From positions 1,216,001 through 1,280,000 of the forward strand of contig OY762492.1 of assembly GCA_963665845.2 (NCBI GenBank): DNA of 64,000 nt, read 5' to 3'. Of the stretch, positions 17,635-27,152 are shown piece by piece (position 1 is the stretch's first letter; every line of letters starts with the position of its first letter). The stretch is from Candidatus Poribacteria bacterium (GTDB taxonomy: Bacteria > Poribacteria > WGA-4E > GCA-2687025). Position numbers and translations under genes: made by a program. The notes below the pieces were generated by a model. The model made no database searches, was not told where the DNA came from, and worked only from the letters and a program-made list of their open reading frames with translations.

Positions 17635-18764
17635 ACAGCAAACATCTGCCCATACGCGACGAACGCCTGTTACCCATCCACGAAAAGGCGATGGACGAAC
17701 GCCGACTCTCCTTTGAGGACGGCATGACGCTTTACGACACGAACGACTTGAACGGCGTCGGCTACATGGCGAACATCGTCCGCGAACGCAAAAACGGCAA
17801 CAAGGCGTACTGGGTGCGCAATCAGCATATCAATTACACGAATATATGCGATAAATTCTGCAAATTCTGCTCTTTTTATGCCAAAAAGAACGGACCGAAA
17901 GCGTACACGCTCAATATGGAGCAGATACGCGAGCGGCTTTACGCCCACATTGAACAGCCCATCACCGAAATTCATATCGTCGGCGGCATCCATCCGCGCC
18001 TGCCGTATGAGTATTATCTGGAGCTGCTGGAGACGGTGCGGGAGGTTCGCCCCGACGCGCATATCAAGGCGTTCACGATGATTGAGCTGCAGCAGATTCA
18101 GAAGGTCGCGCAAAAGCCGATGGAGGATATCTTGATAGAACTGCGCGAAGCGGGACTCGGCTCGCTGCCCGGCGGCGGCGTGGAGGTGTTGAGCGACCGC
18201 CTCCACGAAGAGCTGTTCGACCGAAAACTGGACGGGGACGAGTGGCTTGAAACGGCGCGGACAGCGCACAACCTCGGCTTCCGCTCCAATGTCACGATGC
18301 TGTACGGGCATGTGGAGCGCCCTGAAGAGCGGGTTGAGCATCTTGTAAAACTGCGGGAGCTGCAGGACGAAACGGGCGGCTTCTTGACCTTCATACCGCT
18401 CTCGTTCCACCCGGAAGGCACCGACCTGACGCATTGCCCGACCGTCACAGGCTTTGACGATCTGCGCAATATCGCGGTCGGGCGGCTCATGTTTGACAAT
18501 GTTCCGCATGTGAAGTCGTTCTGGATCATGAACACGGCGCCCGTGACGCAGGCGGCGCTCTGGTACGGCGCCGACGACACGGACGGCACCATCCATGAGT
18601 ATGAGATCACGCGCGATCCTGAAACGGATACGCGGCAGGTTCTCACAAAGCAGCAGCTGGTCGAGATGATTGTCGAGGCGGGCAGGGAGCCTGTGGAGCG
18701 CGACACCTTATACAACGTCATCTCAACGGAGGAGGCGCCTGCCGCGGCTGTCTCCGCCTTGTAG
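17631..18764 (+). CDS. mqnE: Radical SAM aminofutalosine synthase (CofH/MqnE family)
   Basis: INYTNICDKFCKFC, HIVGG.HP, HIKAFT..E, PGGG.E, TMLYGHVE, GADD.DGT. Confidence 0.85.
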   Translation: MNSKHLPIRDERLLPIHEKAMDERRLSFEDGMTLYDTNDLNGVGYMANIVRERKNGNKAYWVRNQHINYTNICDKFCKFCSFYAKKNGPKAYTLNMEQIRERLYAHIEQPITEIHIVGGIHPRLPYEYYLELLETVREVRPDAHIKAFTMIELQQIQKVAQKPMEDILIELREAGLGSLPGGGVEVLSDRLHEELFDRKLDGDEWLETARTAHNLGFRSNVTMLYGHVERPEERVEHLVKLRELQDETGGFLTFIPLSFHPEGTDLTHCPTVTGFDDLRNIAVGRLMFDNVPHVKSFWIMNTAPVTQAALWYGADDTDGTIHEYEITRDPETDTRQVLTKQQLVEMIVEAGREPVERDTLYNVISTEEAPAAAVSAL

Positions 18765-18773
18765 GTTCGGTTC

Positions 18774-19598
18774 ATGATTCCCGCGCTTGAGAGAAACCGC
18801 ATCGTTCACGGCGATTCGTGGAAGCTGACGCCGCTGCTGCCGGACGAATCGGTTGACCTCATTGTGTGCGACGGCCCATACGGCGTCACGCGCCATCCGT
18901 GGGATCAGATCGAGAATATCCAGCAGTACAACCTAGACCTCATCAAGAGCTTTGCGCCGAAACTGAAACAGGGCGGCGCGCTGTATCTGTTCGGGAAGCC
19001 GAACTGCATCGACTTCATCGATTACCGCCCCTATCTCAATCTGAAGTCGCGCATCGTCTGGTATCAGCCGAGCAGGTTGTCTCAAGGCAGAATCCGTTTT
19101 ACGAACAATTACGACATTATCTGCTATTTCATCAAGGGCGACCGGCCGCGGCGGTACAACCTGGACGCCATTCGAGTTCCGCAGCTGGTGGAGCTGGAGC
19201 ATCGCCTTCGGTGCGAACAGGTTCCGTCCGTCCGGAGCGGAAAATTCGGCGGGACAAAATTCAACGAAAAAGGCAAAAATCCCGGCGACGTCTGGGGCGA
19301 CATCAAGCAGCTCACCTACAAATCCAAGGAGCTGGCGCGGCGCGACGCGCTCAACACGATTCAGAAACCTGAAAAGCTGATGGAGCGGATTGTGCTGGCA
19401 AGCTCAGACGAAGGCGATCTGGTGTACGATCCGTTCGCCGGCGTCGGGACATGCCCGCTCGTGTGCCAACGGCACGGCAGAGACTTTATCGCGGTTGAGA
19501 TCAATGCGGAGTATGTGGAGTTGGGGAATGATCGGCTGAATTTAGCAAAACCGCTCTTGCGCGAATCTGATCGCGCCAGTCAAAGCTATTTTGAATAA
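18774..19598 (+). CDS. Orphan beta-class N4C/N6A DNA methyltransferase
   Basis: Motif IV variant DGPY near the N-terminus, KNPGDVW, QKPEKL, motif I DPFAGVGT near the C-terminus. Confidence 0.85.
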   Translation: MIPALERNRIVHGDSWKLTPLLPDESVDLIVCDGPYGVTRHPWDQIENIQQYNLDLIKSFAPKLKQGGALYLFGKPNCIDFIDYRPYLNLKSRIVWYQPSRLSQGRIRFTNNYDIICYFIKGDRPRRYNLDAIRVPQLVELEHRLRCEQVPSVRSGKFGGTKFNEKGKNPGDVWGDIKQLTYKSKELARRDALNTIQKPEKLMERIVLASSDEGDLVYDPFAGVGTCPLVCQRHGRDFIAVEINAEYVELGNDRLNLAKPLLRESDRASQSYFE

Positions 19599-19627
19599 AC
19601 GCGCGCCGTTTCTTCAGTCTCAAGGCG

Positions 19628-19793
19628 CTGACATCATGCCTAAAGTTGGGACATTTGAACCGACGATCGCTCTATTCATGGGAAAGGTTCCGCTTACCAG
19701 TCCGTCATTCCCGCGCAAGCGGGAATCCAGAGGCGTCGCAGACGACGTCCGCGTTCGCCTGCCGCCGTGTTCCAACTAGAGACGTAAGGTTAG
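19628..19793 (+). mobile_element. Full-length MITE copy (166 bp) with 6-bp target duplication AAGGCG
   Basis: Left TIR CTGACATCATGCCTAAAGTTGGGACA, right TIR TGTTCCAACTAGAGACGTAAGGTTAG. AAGGCG at 19622-27 and 19794-99. Internal REP-A hairpin. Confidence 0.85.
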
Positions 19794-19856
19794 AAGGCGG
19801 TATGCCGTTCAGGCGCGGCAGGCGCTATAATAGGCTCGTGGGTTTCAGTTCAGCCT

Positions 19857-20549
19857 GTGAGGAGCCGCGCCTTGAAAATTCGTCTCAAAACGCTTATCTT
19901 GCTGTTGACGGCGGCGGGGGCGGTTTTTGCGCTTCTTCAAGAAGGGCGGACGCAAAGGGGAAGGCAGCCCGCGCAAACCTACTCGCCTCCCGCCGAAAAG
20001 ATGACGCCCCAAGGTTACCCAGAGCGGTACAGCATCATCGTTTCTAAAAATCTGTTCAGAAAACTGGGATGGGCGCCGAAGCCGAAACAGGAGTCGATCA
20101 ACCTCACCGGCGTCGTTGTTTCAAGGTCGGGCAACCGCGCGCTGCTCTCCTACAACGGAAAGGCGCTGTATGTGCGGGAAGGCGATTCGGTCGGCTCCGA
20201 CTACAAAGCGGCGTCCATCGCGCGCGGTTCCGTCGTCCTTGAAAAAGAATCGGGCGGGCGGCGCACATTGAAGTTGGATGAAAAGGTGGTGAGCGCCGGC
20301 GCGCCCGCCTCGTCCGTCCCCAAAAGCGTCTCCGCATCGAAGCGAAGCGCTTCCTCCAACAAAAAAAGAACGCGCGACTTCCGCTGGCGTCCGCCCAAAG
20401 GCGCCACCGGAACCGAAATCTTTGAAATGATCATGAAGCGCGAAGGATACACATGGGACGATGTGAAACGCAACCCGCAACTGGGCGGCGAACTGAAGAA
20501 AGAATACAGCTACGTATTTGAAGAGATGTCAGGCGGAGAGAAGAAATAA
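19857..20549 (+). CDS. Hypothetical membrane-anchored protein, GspC/PilP-like domain
   Basis: N-terminal TM; NLF....P..INLTGVV...ALL....YVREGDSV pattern resembles T2SS C / PilP domains. Confidence 0.55.
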   Translation: MRSRALKIRLKTLILLLTAAGAVFALLQEGRTQRGRQPAQTYSPPAEKMTPQGYPERYSIIVSKNLFRKLGWAPKPKQESINLTGVVVSRSGNRALLSYNGKALYVREGDSVGSDYKAASIARGSVVLEKESGGRRTLKLDEKVVSAGAPASSVPKSVSASKRSASSNKKRTRDFRWRPPKGATGTEIFEMIMKREGYTWDDVKRNPQLGGELKKEYSYVFEEMSGGEKK

Positions 20550-20563
20550 ACGGCGGAGCGGCG

Positions 20564-21592
20564 GTAAGCATAAGAGAACGCGCCGAGGCGGACGAAGAGA
20601 AGCGTCTGTCCCCGTTTGCGTCTAAAAGCGGGCGTTCCAAGGGGCGCGCCGTTGTTGAAACGCCCTGCCCGATCCGCACCGAGTTTCAGCGCGACCGCGA
20701 CCGCATTCTGCATTGCAAGTCGTTTCGTCGGCTCAAAGGCAAAACGCAGGTGTATCTGAACCCGTCGGGCGACCATTTTCGCACGCGGTTGACGCACACG
20801 CTGGAGGTTGCGCAGATCGCGCGCACCATCGCGCGCAGCCTCCGCCTGAACGAAGACCTGACCGAGGCGGCCGCTCTTGGGCATGACCTCGGACATGCGC
20901 CGTTTGGACATGCGGGCGAAGAGGCGCTGAACAGCGCCGTCCCCTGCGGATTTAAGCATGACGAGCAGTCGCTGCGCATCGTCGAGACGCTGGAAAAGGA
21001 TGGGCGCGGGTTGAACCTAACCTACGAAACGCGGCGCGGCATACAGGAGCATTCTAAGGGCGGCGGCGCCATTTTTGACGGCGGAGCGGACAACACGCTG
21101 GAGGGGGCGGCGGTGCGCGTCGCCGACGCCATCGCGTATCTGAACCATGACATCGAGGACGCGGTTCGGGCTGGCGCCTTGCGCATGGAGGAGCTGCCGA
21201 AGGAGCCGATGGCGGCGCTGGGGTCAAACCGTTCGATGCGCATCGGGCGGATGGTCGGCGCGGTCATCGAATGGAGCGAGGGGAAAGACGCGGTCGGAAT
21301 GCGTCCGGACATACTGGAAGCGACCGAGGCGTTGAAGCGGTTTATGTATGCGCATGTGTATCCGCCCAGCGGCGGCGGGGGAGGCGAGATTGCGAAGGCG
21401 AAGGCGGTTGTGGCGGCGCTGGCGGAGCATTATATGCGTTTCCCTGAGGAGATGCCGGCGCTGTATCGGCGGGCGGCTGAAGCGGAGGGGCGCGGCCGCG
21501 CCGCCGCCGATTATGTTTCAGGGATGACGGATCGGTTCGCGCTGGAGACGCATGACGCGCTCTTTCGCCCGCGCGTTTGGAGTTCGATTTAG
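20564..21592 (+). CDS. dgt: Deoxyguanosinetriphosphate triphosphohydrolase-like HD protein (start codon non-canonical or uncertain)
   Basis: Frame open from 20522: RTEFQRDRDRILHCKSFRRLKGKTQV, RTRLTHTLEV, GHDLGHAPFGHAGE, DYVSGMTD. Confidence 0.88.
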   Translation, partial: VSIRERAEADEEKRLSPFASKSGRSKGRAVVETPCPIRTEFQRDRDRILHCKSFRRLKGKTQVYLNPSGDHFRTRLTHTLEVAQIARTIARSLRLNEDLTEAAALGHDLGHAPFGHAGEEALNSAVPCGFKHDEQSLRIVETLEKDGRGLNLTYETRRGIQEHSKGGGAIFDGGADNTLEGAAVRVADAIAYLNHDIEDAVRAGALRMEELPKEPMAALGSNRSMRIGRMVGAVIEWSEGKDAVGMRPDILEATEALKRFMYAHVYPPSGGGGGEIAKAKAVVAALAEHYMRFPEEMPALYRRAAEAEGRGRAAADYVSGMTDRFALETHDALFRPRVWSSI

Positions 21593-21614
21593 CGCCGTTT
21601 TTAAGAAAGAGATT

Positions 21615-22676
21615 ATGATGTTGAAATGGAACGCGGGAGCGGCGGCGTTTATCATGGCGGCGCTGTGGACGTTCAGCGGATGCGGGGGCGATTCATCGAC
21701 CAAAACGGCGGCTCTTCATCCGCCGACGAAGGTTTTGACGGGGCATACTGCCGCGGTCGCCGCGGTCGCCTATTCGCCGGACGGATCCGTTCTCGCCAGC
21801 GGAGCCGCTCCCATCGACAACTCCGTTCGGCTGTGGGATGCGCAGACAGGCGACTTAAAAAGAACGTTGAAAGGACATCTGAACGGCGTTCGCTCGCTGG
21901 CATTTTCGCCGGACGGGGAGACGCTCGCCAGCGCGGGCGGCGACAACTCCGTTCGGCTGTGGGATGCGCAGACAGTCGACTTAAAAAGAACGCTCAAGTG
22001 CGGTTTCCGATGCTCCGGATCGCTGTCGTTTTCGCCGGACGGGGAGACGCTAGCGGTCGGAATCGCAGAGGGCATACAGCTTTGGAGCGCTGAAACAGGC
22101 GAGCTGAATAGGACGATACCGACCGACGGAGCGGCAATCGTTGAGTTCTCGCCCGACGGCAAAACGGCGGTCGGAGCCTCCAAGTCTGCGGCGCAGCTTT
22201 GGAGCGTCGAAACGGGCGAAAAGACGGGAGAGGCGAAAGCGCAATTAGCCGGCGGAGAAGAGCTGCGGATAAAAGAGAGTTCAAACAGGACCGTACACGC
22301 TGTTGTCAACCAGATTTGGGCGTATCAGGCGGACGGCATGAAACCGATCTTTGGGACATCAAGCGGGCGGCAGCGCCTGGCGCTTTCTCCTGACAGCAAC
22401 CTGGTTGCGCGGGTGGACGACATGGACGGCTCCATCATTCTTTGGGATCTTTATGCGGTTGCGCGGCGCGCAACGTTGAGGGCGCATGAGGAGGCAAAGG
22501 AGCTTTCCTTTGCATTTTCGCCGGACGGCAAGGCGCTTGCCAGCGGCGGCAAGGACCATGCCGTGCGCATCTGGGATATGAACGATCTGCCCCCCGCTGA
22601 AAACGCGCCGCAAACGGCGCGCGAAAATTGGCCGTCCGCAAGCCGCGTTTTTCCGCCGACGCCGCATGGAGATTAA
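21615..22676 (+). CDS. WD40-repeat lipoprotein
   Basis: Lipobox FSGC; GH..V.S.AFSPDG.TLAS..D..VRLWD repeats; near-identical ~52-bp internal repeats at 21815 and 21941. Confidence 0.85.
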   Translation: MMLKWNAGAAAFIMAALWTFSGCGGDSSTKTAALHPPTKVLTGHTAAVAAVAYSPDGSVLASGAAPIDNSVRLWDAQTGDLKRTLKGHLNGVRSLAFSPDGETLASAGGDNSVRLWDAQTVDLKRTLKCGFRCSGSLSFSPDGETLAVGIAEGIQLWSAETGELNRTIPTDGAAIVEFSPDGKTAVGASKSAAQLWSVETGEKTGEAKAQLAGGEELRIKESSNRTVHAVVNQIWAYQADGMKPIFGTSSGRQRLALSPDSNLVARVDDMDGSIILWDLYAVARRATLRAHEEAKELSFAFSPDGKALASGGKDHAVRIWDMNDLPPAENAPQTARENWPSASRVFPPTPHGD

Positions 22677-23881
22677 CGCCGTTTCAGGAAAAAACCCGCC
22701 CGTCGCCGCATATTGTCGCTACTTGCGTTAGAGGCGGCTTATGATTTTAGAGAGCCGTTTTGGAATGCGGACGCTTTCTGCGAGAACTCTGGATTCCCGC
22801 TTGCGCGGGAATGACAAGGCGGTCAATGACAGCGGGTAGGGCGCGGGTTTCTAGACTCCCCCCTTGAAAAGGGGGGCTGGGGGGGTTTTAGCCGCGCCCA
22901 AAAATAAGGAGACGCCCTATTCAAACAGGGTTTTGTATATCGTCGCCTATAGAGACTGCCTTATTGCATGGCTTGGAGGATTGCTCGCGCTTCGTCTTCC
23001 GCCTCTTTAAATGCCGCGTCCGCTTCGGGTCGGCTGAGCAGTTCATCCCAGGCGGCGTCCATGTTTCGTTCCGCAGCCATGATCGGTTCAAACTCCTCTC
23101 TGTAAAGCGAGGCGTTCAGCCGGACCGCTTTGTAGATATTGTTATGGGCTTTATCGGCGTCGCCGCTTTGGTAATGGATCAGCCCTCTTAAAAGGTATGC
23201 GTCCGCGCATCGATGGTCGATTTCGCATGCTTTTTTAAGATTCAAAAGCGCGTCATCGGACTTGCCGTTTTGTAAATGCGCGACGCTCAAGACGATGTAT
23301 GTCTCTGCAAGCGGACGAAGCTCGCATGATTTTTGAAGATCGCCGATTGCGAGATCCAATGGAAATCTGTTGTTGACGCTGACGTTCCACACCAAACCGA
23401 GAACGCCGCGAAACCCGTAAGAGGTTGCCAAATCCGCCGCATTTTCAGTCCCGCCGACGCTTTCTATAAGGCTAATCGCATACCCAAAATGCGCGTAGGC
23501 GTTTTGAAGATCGATCTCCGCGTCCGGCAGATTGTCTTCCGTATGATGCGCCAAGGCTCTCAAATAAGCGGACTTTCCGCTTTTAATTTTCGACTCGATT
23601 TCCTCGTTCCAGTCTACGACCTGCCGATTTATGATCGGTCGGACATGAAAATCAAACAACGGCAAAGACTCTAGTACGGGCAGAGACTCTGCAACCATTC
23701 CTGCGTCCGATCCCGTTTCAAGCGCCCGTATTTCTAACATCTTTCAAGTTCCAAAGTTGACCGCCATATTAGGCATTTTAACATAGAAACGCTCCGACTG
23801 CAAGGAATAGGCTTGTCCGCCGACGCCGCATGGAGATTAACGCCGTTTCAGGAAAAAAGCCGCCCGACGCCGCATATGGTC
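22652..23881. repeat. 66-bp direct repeats (22652-22717 and 23816-23881) flanking a ~1.1-kb segment
   Basis: TCCGCCGACGCCGCATGGAGATTAACGCCGTTTCAGGAAAAAA... with 3 mismatches. Confidence 0.9.
22961..23740 (-). CDS. TPR-containing hypothetical protein
   Basis: TPR-like helices (AYLLRGLIHYQSGDADKA, ALLNLKKACEID). Confidence 0.65.
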   Translation of the reverse strand: MLEIRALETGSDAGMVAESLPVLESLPLFDFHVRPIINRQVVDWNEEIESKIKSGKSAYLRALAHHTEDNLPDAEIDLQNAYAHFGYAISLIESVGGTENAADLATSYGFRGVLGLVWNVSVNNRFPLDLAIGDLQKSCELRPLAETYIVLSVAHLQNGKSDDALLNLKKACEIDHRCADAYLLRGLIHYQSGDADKAHNNIYKAVRLNASLYREEFEPIMAAERNMDAAWDELLSRPEADAAFKEAEDEARAILQAMQ

Positions 23882-24691
23882 CCGATTCTCTGCCGAGTTC
23901 ACGATTTCCGCCAAAAGATGCTCCCGCGTCTTCCATTCCGCCAGCTCCTGAACGCGAAAACGCTCATCGTCCGACGAGGCGGGGCGGAATAGGACCGCCT
24001 CATACGCCGCCTGCACATATTCCGCGTCCTCTTTCGGGCTGCCGACGCTTTGCCGCGTCCTGTCCATGTTCTCCGCCGAGTTCAACAGCGCTTCAAGCAG
24101 CGTTTCTCTTTCGGTCTGAACGCCCTTGCGCATCTCGTCTTCAGTCGGCGGACGGCGCAGAACGGCGCGGCACAGCGCCTCAACGTTCGCTTCCGCTGAA
24201 TGCTCCTCAAAAAAATCTTCAGGCTCATACGCCAGCTCGCGCAGCGTCTTCAAAAGCGACGCCGCCAGCCACCGCTTCATTGGCGTCGGGTCGCCGAGAG
24301 CCGCAAACGTTTCTTGATATTCGTCCCCTTCGCCCGCCGCCTCCGACTCGTCCAGCCATGCGCGGATCGCCTTCGCATACGCGATAAACCGCTCGCGCCG
24401 CTCCCGTTCAATCTGTTCAAACCGCCATAGGACATCCACCGCGGGCGCGCCTGGATAATCCAACTCGCCGACAGCGTTCAGCAGCAGGGAGAGGTTGTCG
24501 AACGCTTTGTAATGCGCGAGCGACTCAAATCGGCTGATGAGCGCGCGGACTCGCGCCGCCTCGTCTGACGCGCCGCCGAGCGCCTCCTCCATCGCGTTGA
24601 TTCGCTTGATCTCCTTGTCGGGCGCCTCCTCGCATAGAATGTTGCGCCATTGGTCCATATCCGCCTTGAACTCCTGCATTCCGCCCTCCAT
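23837..24691 (-). CDS. Hypothetical protein with two C-terminal DUF4214-like helical repeats
   Basis: VEALCRAVLRRPP...RETLLEALLNSAE and VQAAYEAVLFRPA...REHLLAEIVNSAE. Confidence 0.55.
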   Translation of the reverse strand: MEGGMQEFKADMDQWRNILCEEAPDKEIKRINAMEEALGGASDEAARVRALISRFESLAHYKAFDNLSLLLNAVGELDYPGAPAVDVLWRFEQIERERRERFIAYAKAIRAWLDESEAAGEGDEYQETFAALGDPTPMKRWLAASLLKTLRELAYEPEDFFEEHSAEANVEALCRAVLRRPPTEDEMRKGVQTERETLLEALLNSAENMDRTRQSVGSPKEDAEYVQAAYEAVLFRPASSDDERFRVQELAEWKTREHLLAEIVNSAENRDHMRRRAAFFLKRR

Positions 24692-24789
24692 TCAACATAT
24701 TTCAACACGTCTCATGACAGCGGCGCGCTGGACGCAGTTACATAAAAACGCGATGCAGGTTAAAATGGAGGCGGGCATGGGAGCCGCTT

Positions 24790-25788
24790 TTGACCGCATA
24801 TATTTTGCGCCGCCTCGGAGCGTTATTGATCTCATTATGGGGCGTGTCGCTGCTTCTGTTTATGATGACGCACCTGATACCGGGCAATCCCGCCCGCGCG
24901 ATGCTGGGCGAGCGCGCCAACGCCGAAGCGGTCGCCAAACTGGAGCGGGAGCTGGGGCTTGACCGTCCGCTTTATGAGCAGTACGGGCGTTTTTTGGCGA
25001 ACGCGGTTCGGCTTGACTTTGGGCGCTCCATCAAAACGAAGCGGCCCGTGGCGCAGGAGCTGTGGGCGCGCTTCCCCGCGACGCTGGAGCTGACCATGTG
25101 CGCGATGGTCTTCGCCGTTGTTTTTGGGCTTCTGCTGGGGTCGTTGGCGGCGGCGCGGCGCGGAGGCGCGTTCGACTTCATCAGCATGACCGCTTCGCTC
25201 GCCGGCGTCTCCATACCGATCTACTGCCTCGGTCTGCTGCTGATTCTTCTCTTTGCGAACGGGCTGGAATGGCTCCCGAACGGCGGACGGCACAGCGAGG
25301 CTTACGCTGTCGCCGGGGCGGGGCTGATCGGGTCCCTGTTGAAGGGCGATCTGGGAGCCTTCTGGGACGCCGCCGTTCACCTGATCCTTCCGACCGTCAC
25401 GCTCGGAGCCGTGCCGTTGGCGATCATCAGCCGAATGACCCGCTCCTCGCTGCTGGAGGCGCTGGGGCAGGATTATGTGCGGACGGCGGAGGCGAAGGGG
25501 CTGCGCCCGTCGGTCGTTCTGTTTAAGCATGCGCTGCGAAACGCGCTCATACCCGTCTTGACGATCACAGGGCTGGAGTTCGGCTATCTCCTGGGCGGCG
25601 CCGTCATGACCGAGTCGATCTTCAGCTGGCCGGGCGTCGGGCGGTGGCTATGGCTGTCGGTTCTGGCGCGCGACCTGCCGGCGATACAGGGCGGCGTTCT
25701 GTTTGTCGCGCTGCTGTTTATGACGATCGTTCTGATCATGGATTTGCTGTACGCCGCCGTGGATCCGCGCATACGGGCGGCCGCATGA
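24790..25788 (+). CDS. dppB: Peptide ABC transporter permease (DppB/OppB)
   Basis: YILRRL, PGNPA, LGLDRPL..QY, DYVRTAEAKGL, TESIFSWPGVG. Confidence 0.9.
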   Translation: MTAYILRRLGALLISLWGVSLLLFMMTHLIPGNPARAMLGERANAEAVAKLERELGLDRPLYEQYGRFLANAVRLDFGRSIKTKRPVAQELWARFPATLELTMCAMVFAVVFGLLLGSLAAARRGGAFDFISMTASLAGVSIPIYCLGLLLILLFANGLEWLPNGGRHSEAYAVAGAGLIGSLLKGDLGAFWDAAVHLILPTVTLGAVPLAIISRMTRSSLLEALGQDYVRTAEAKGLRPSVVLFKHALRNALIPVLTITGLEFGYLLGGAVMTESIFSWPGVGRWLWLSVLARDLPAIQGGVLFVALLFMTIVLIMDLLYAAVDPRIRAAA

Positions 25789-26642
25789 AAGGGTCCCCCA
25801 TCTGGCGCCGCATGTTGAAACATCCGTTGGCGCTTGTCGGCGCGGCGGCGCTGGCGCTGTTCGTTCTGGCGGCGCTCGTTTCGTTTGTGTACACGCCGCA
25901 TAACCCGCGCGAAGTGGATCTGGACGTTCAACATCAGAAGCCGCGCCTGATCGACTCCGACAGCCGTTACTGGCTCGGAACCGACAATGTCGGTCGGGAT
26001 ATTTTGAGCCGGACGATGGCGGGGGCGCGCATTTCGCTGCGGGTCGGCATTTTAGTGGTGGTCTGCGCGGGGCTGATCGGAAGCCTTCTCGGCGCGGTCG
26101 CGGGCTACGCGGGCGGATGGATCGACAACCTGCTCATGCGCATACTGGACATCATGATGGCGCTGCCGGGCATCTTGCTGGCGATCGTCATCGTGACGAT
26201 TCTCGGACCGAGCCTTCAGAACGCCATGATCGCGGTCACGATCGTCTCGATTCCGTTATACGCGCGGGTGATGCGCGCCGAGACGCTGCGGGTGAAGTCG
26301 CAGGAGTTTGTGGAAGCGGCGCGCGCGCTCGGCGCCTCCGACTTCCGCATCCTTGTCAGGGCAATCTTGCCGAATTGCGCCGCCCCGCTCATCGTTCAGG
26401 TCACGCTGGGTATGGGAACCGCCATTCTGGAAACGGCGGGCCTCTCCTATCTTGGACTCGGCGACGAGCCGAGCGTCCCTGAATGGGGGCGCATGATCGC
26501 CGAGGAGTTCAAGTACATACGCGAGGCTTGGTGGACGGTCATTCCGCCGCTGGCGTCCATCTCCCTGACGACGCTCGGTTTCAATCTGCTGGGCGACGGC
26601 CTCCGCGACATTCTAGATCCCCGTCTGCGGGGCCGTTCATGA
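25785..26642 (+). CDS. dppC: Peptide ABC transporter permease (DppC/OppC)
   Basis: WLGTDNVGRDILSR, EFVEAARALGAS, LGDGLRDILDPR. ATGA overlap with the dppB stop. Confidence 0.9.
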   Translation: MKGSPIWRRMLKHPLALVGAAALALFVLAALVSFVYTPHNPREVDLDVQHQKPRLIDSDSRYWLGTDNVGRDILSRTMAGARISLRVGILVVVCAGLIGSLLGAVAGYAGGWIDNLLMRILDIMMALPGILLAIVIVTILGPSLQNAMIAVTIVSIPLYARVMRAETLRVKSQEFVEAARALGASDFRILVRAILPNCAAPLIVQVTLGMGTAILETAGLSYLGLGDEPSVPEWGRMIAEEFKYIREAWWTVIPPLASISLTTLGFNLLGDGLRDILDPRLRGRS

Positions 26643-26843
26643 GTTGACAGGTTTTTAAAGAAGAAAAAAGGGTAGTACATACAGGCAATGATATTTATTT
26701 TGGCGCGAAGGCCCGACGATCCATGCTGTCATTCCCGCGCAAGCGGGAATCTTAAAAATAACATCTCCCGCTCAAACGATGTCGCCGCCCGGACGTTTGG
26801 AGAAGAGAAAGAGGCGCTAGCATAACGGAAAAGGAGCAGGTTT

Positions 26844-27152
26844 ATGAACATCACAGCAGACATCTGCGTCGTCCCGATGGGCGTCGGCGCGTCCGTGTCG
26901 GAGCATGTCGCGCAGGCGTACCAGATTCTTGTTGAGGCGGGGCTGGACGCGCGGCTGCATGCGCATGGAACCAATGTTGAGGGAGAGTATGAGGTGGTCA
27001 TGTCGGCGGTGAAGCGGTGCCATGAGCGTATGCATGCGCTCGGCGTTCCGCGCGTCTTGACAACCTTGAAGATCGGATCGCGCATCGACAAACAGCAGAC
27101 GACCGACGACAAGATCGAGGCGGTTCAACGGCTGTCCCAGACAGACGCATGA
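26844..27152 (+). CDS. MTH1187/YkoF thiamine-binding family protein
   Basis: ADICVVPMG..SVS..VA, GTNVEG, R..TTLKI..RIDK. Confidence 0.85.
   Translation: MNITADICVVPMGVGASVSEHVAQAYQILVEAGLDARLHAHGTNVEGEYEVVMSAVKRCHERMHALGVPRVLTTLKIGSRIDKQQTTDDKIEAVQRLSQTDA

Noticed and set aside
19591-19779. Short ORFs containing SFPRKRES / FPLARE / IPAQAGI peptides (also 26729, 42231, 42379, 55616, 56015)
   Set aside because: These are translations of the REP/MITE repeat, not a protein family.
20564-21592. dGTPase plus nearby MTase as an anti-phage defence island
   Set aside because: The dGTPase is the short housekeeping type, the neighbours are metabolic or envelope genes, and no other defence genes are present.
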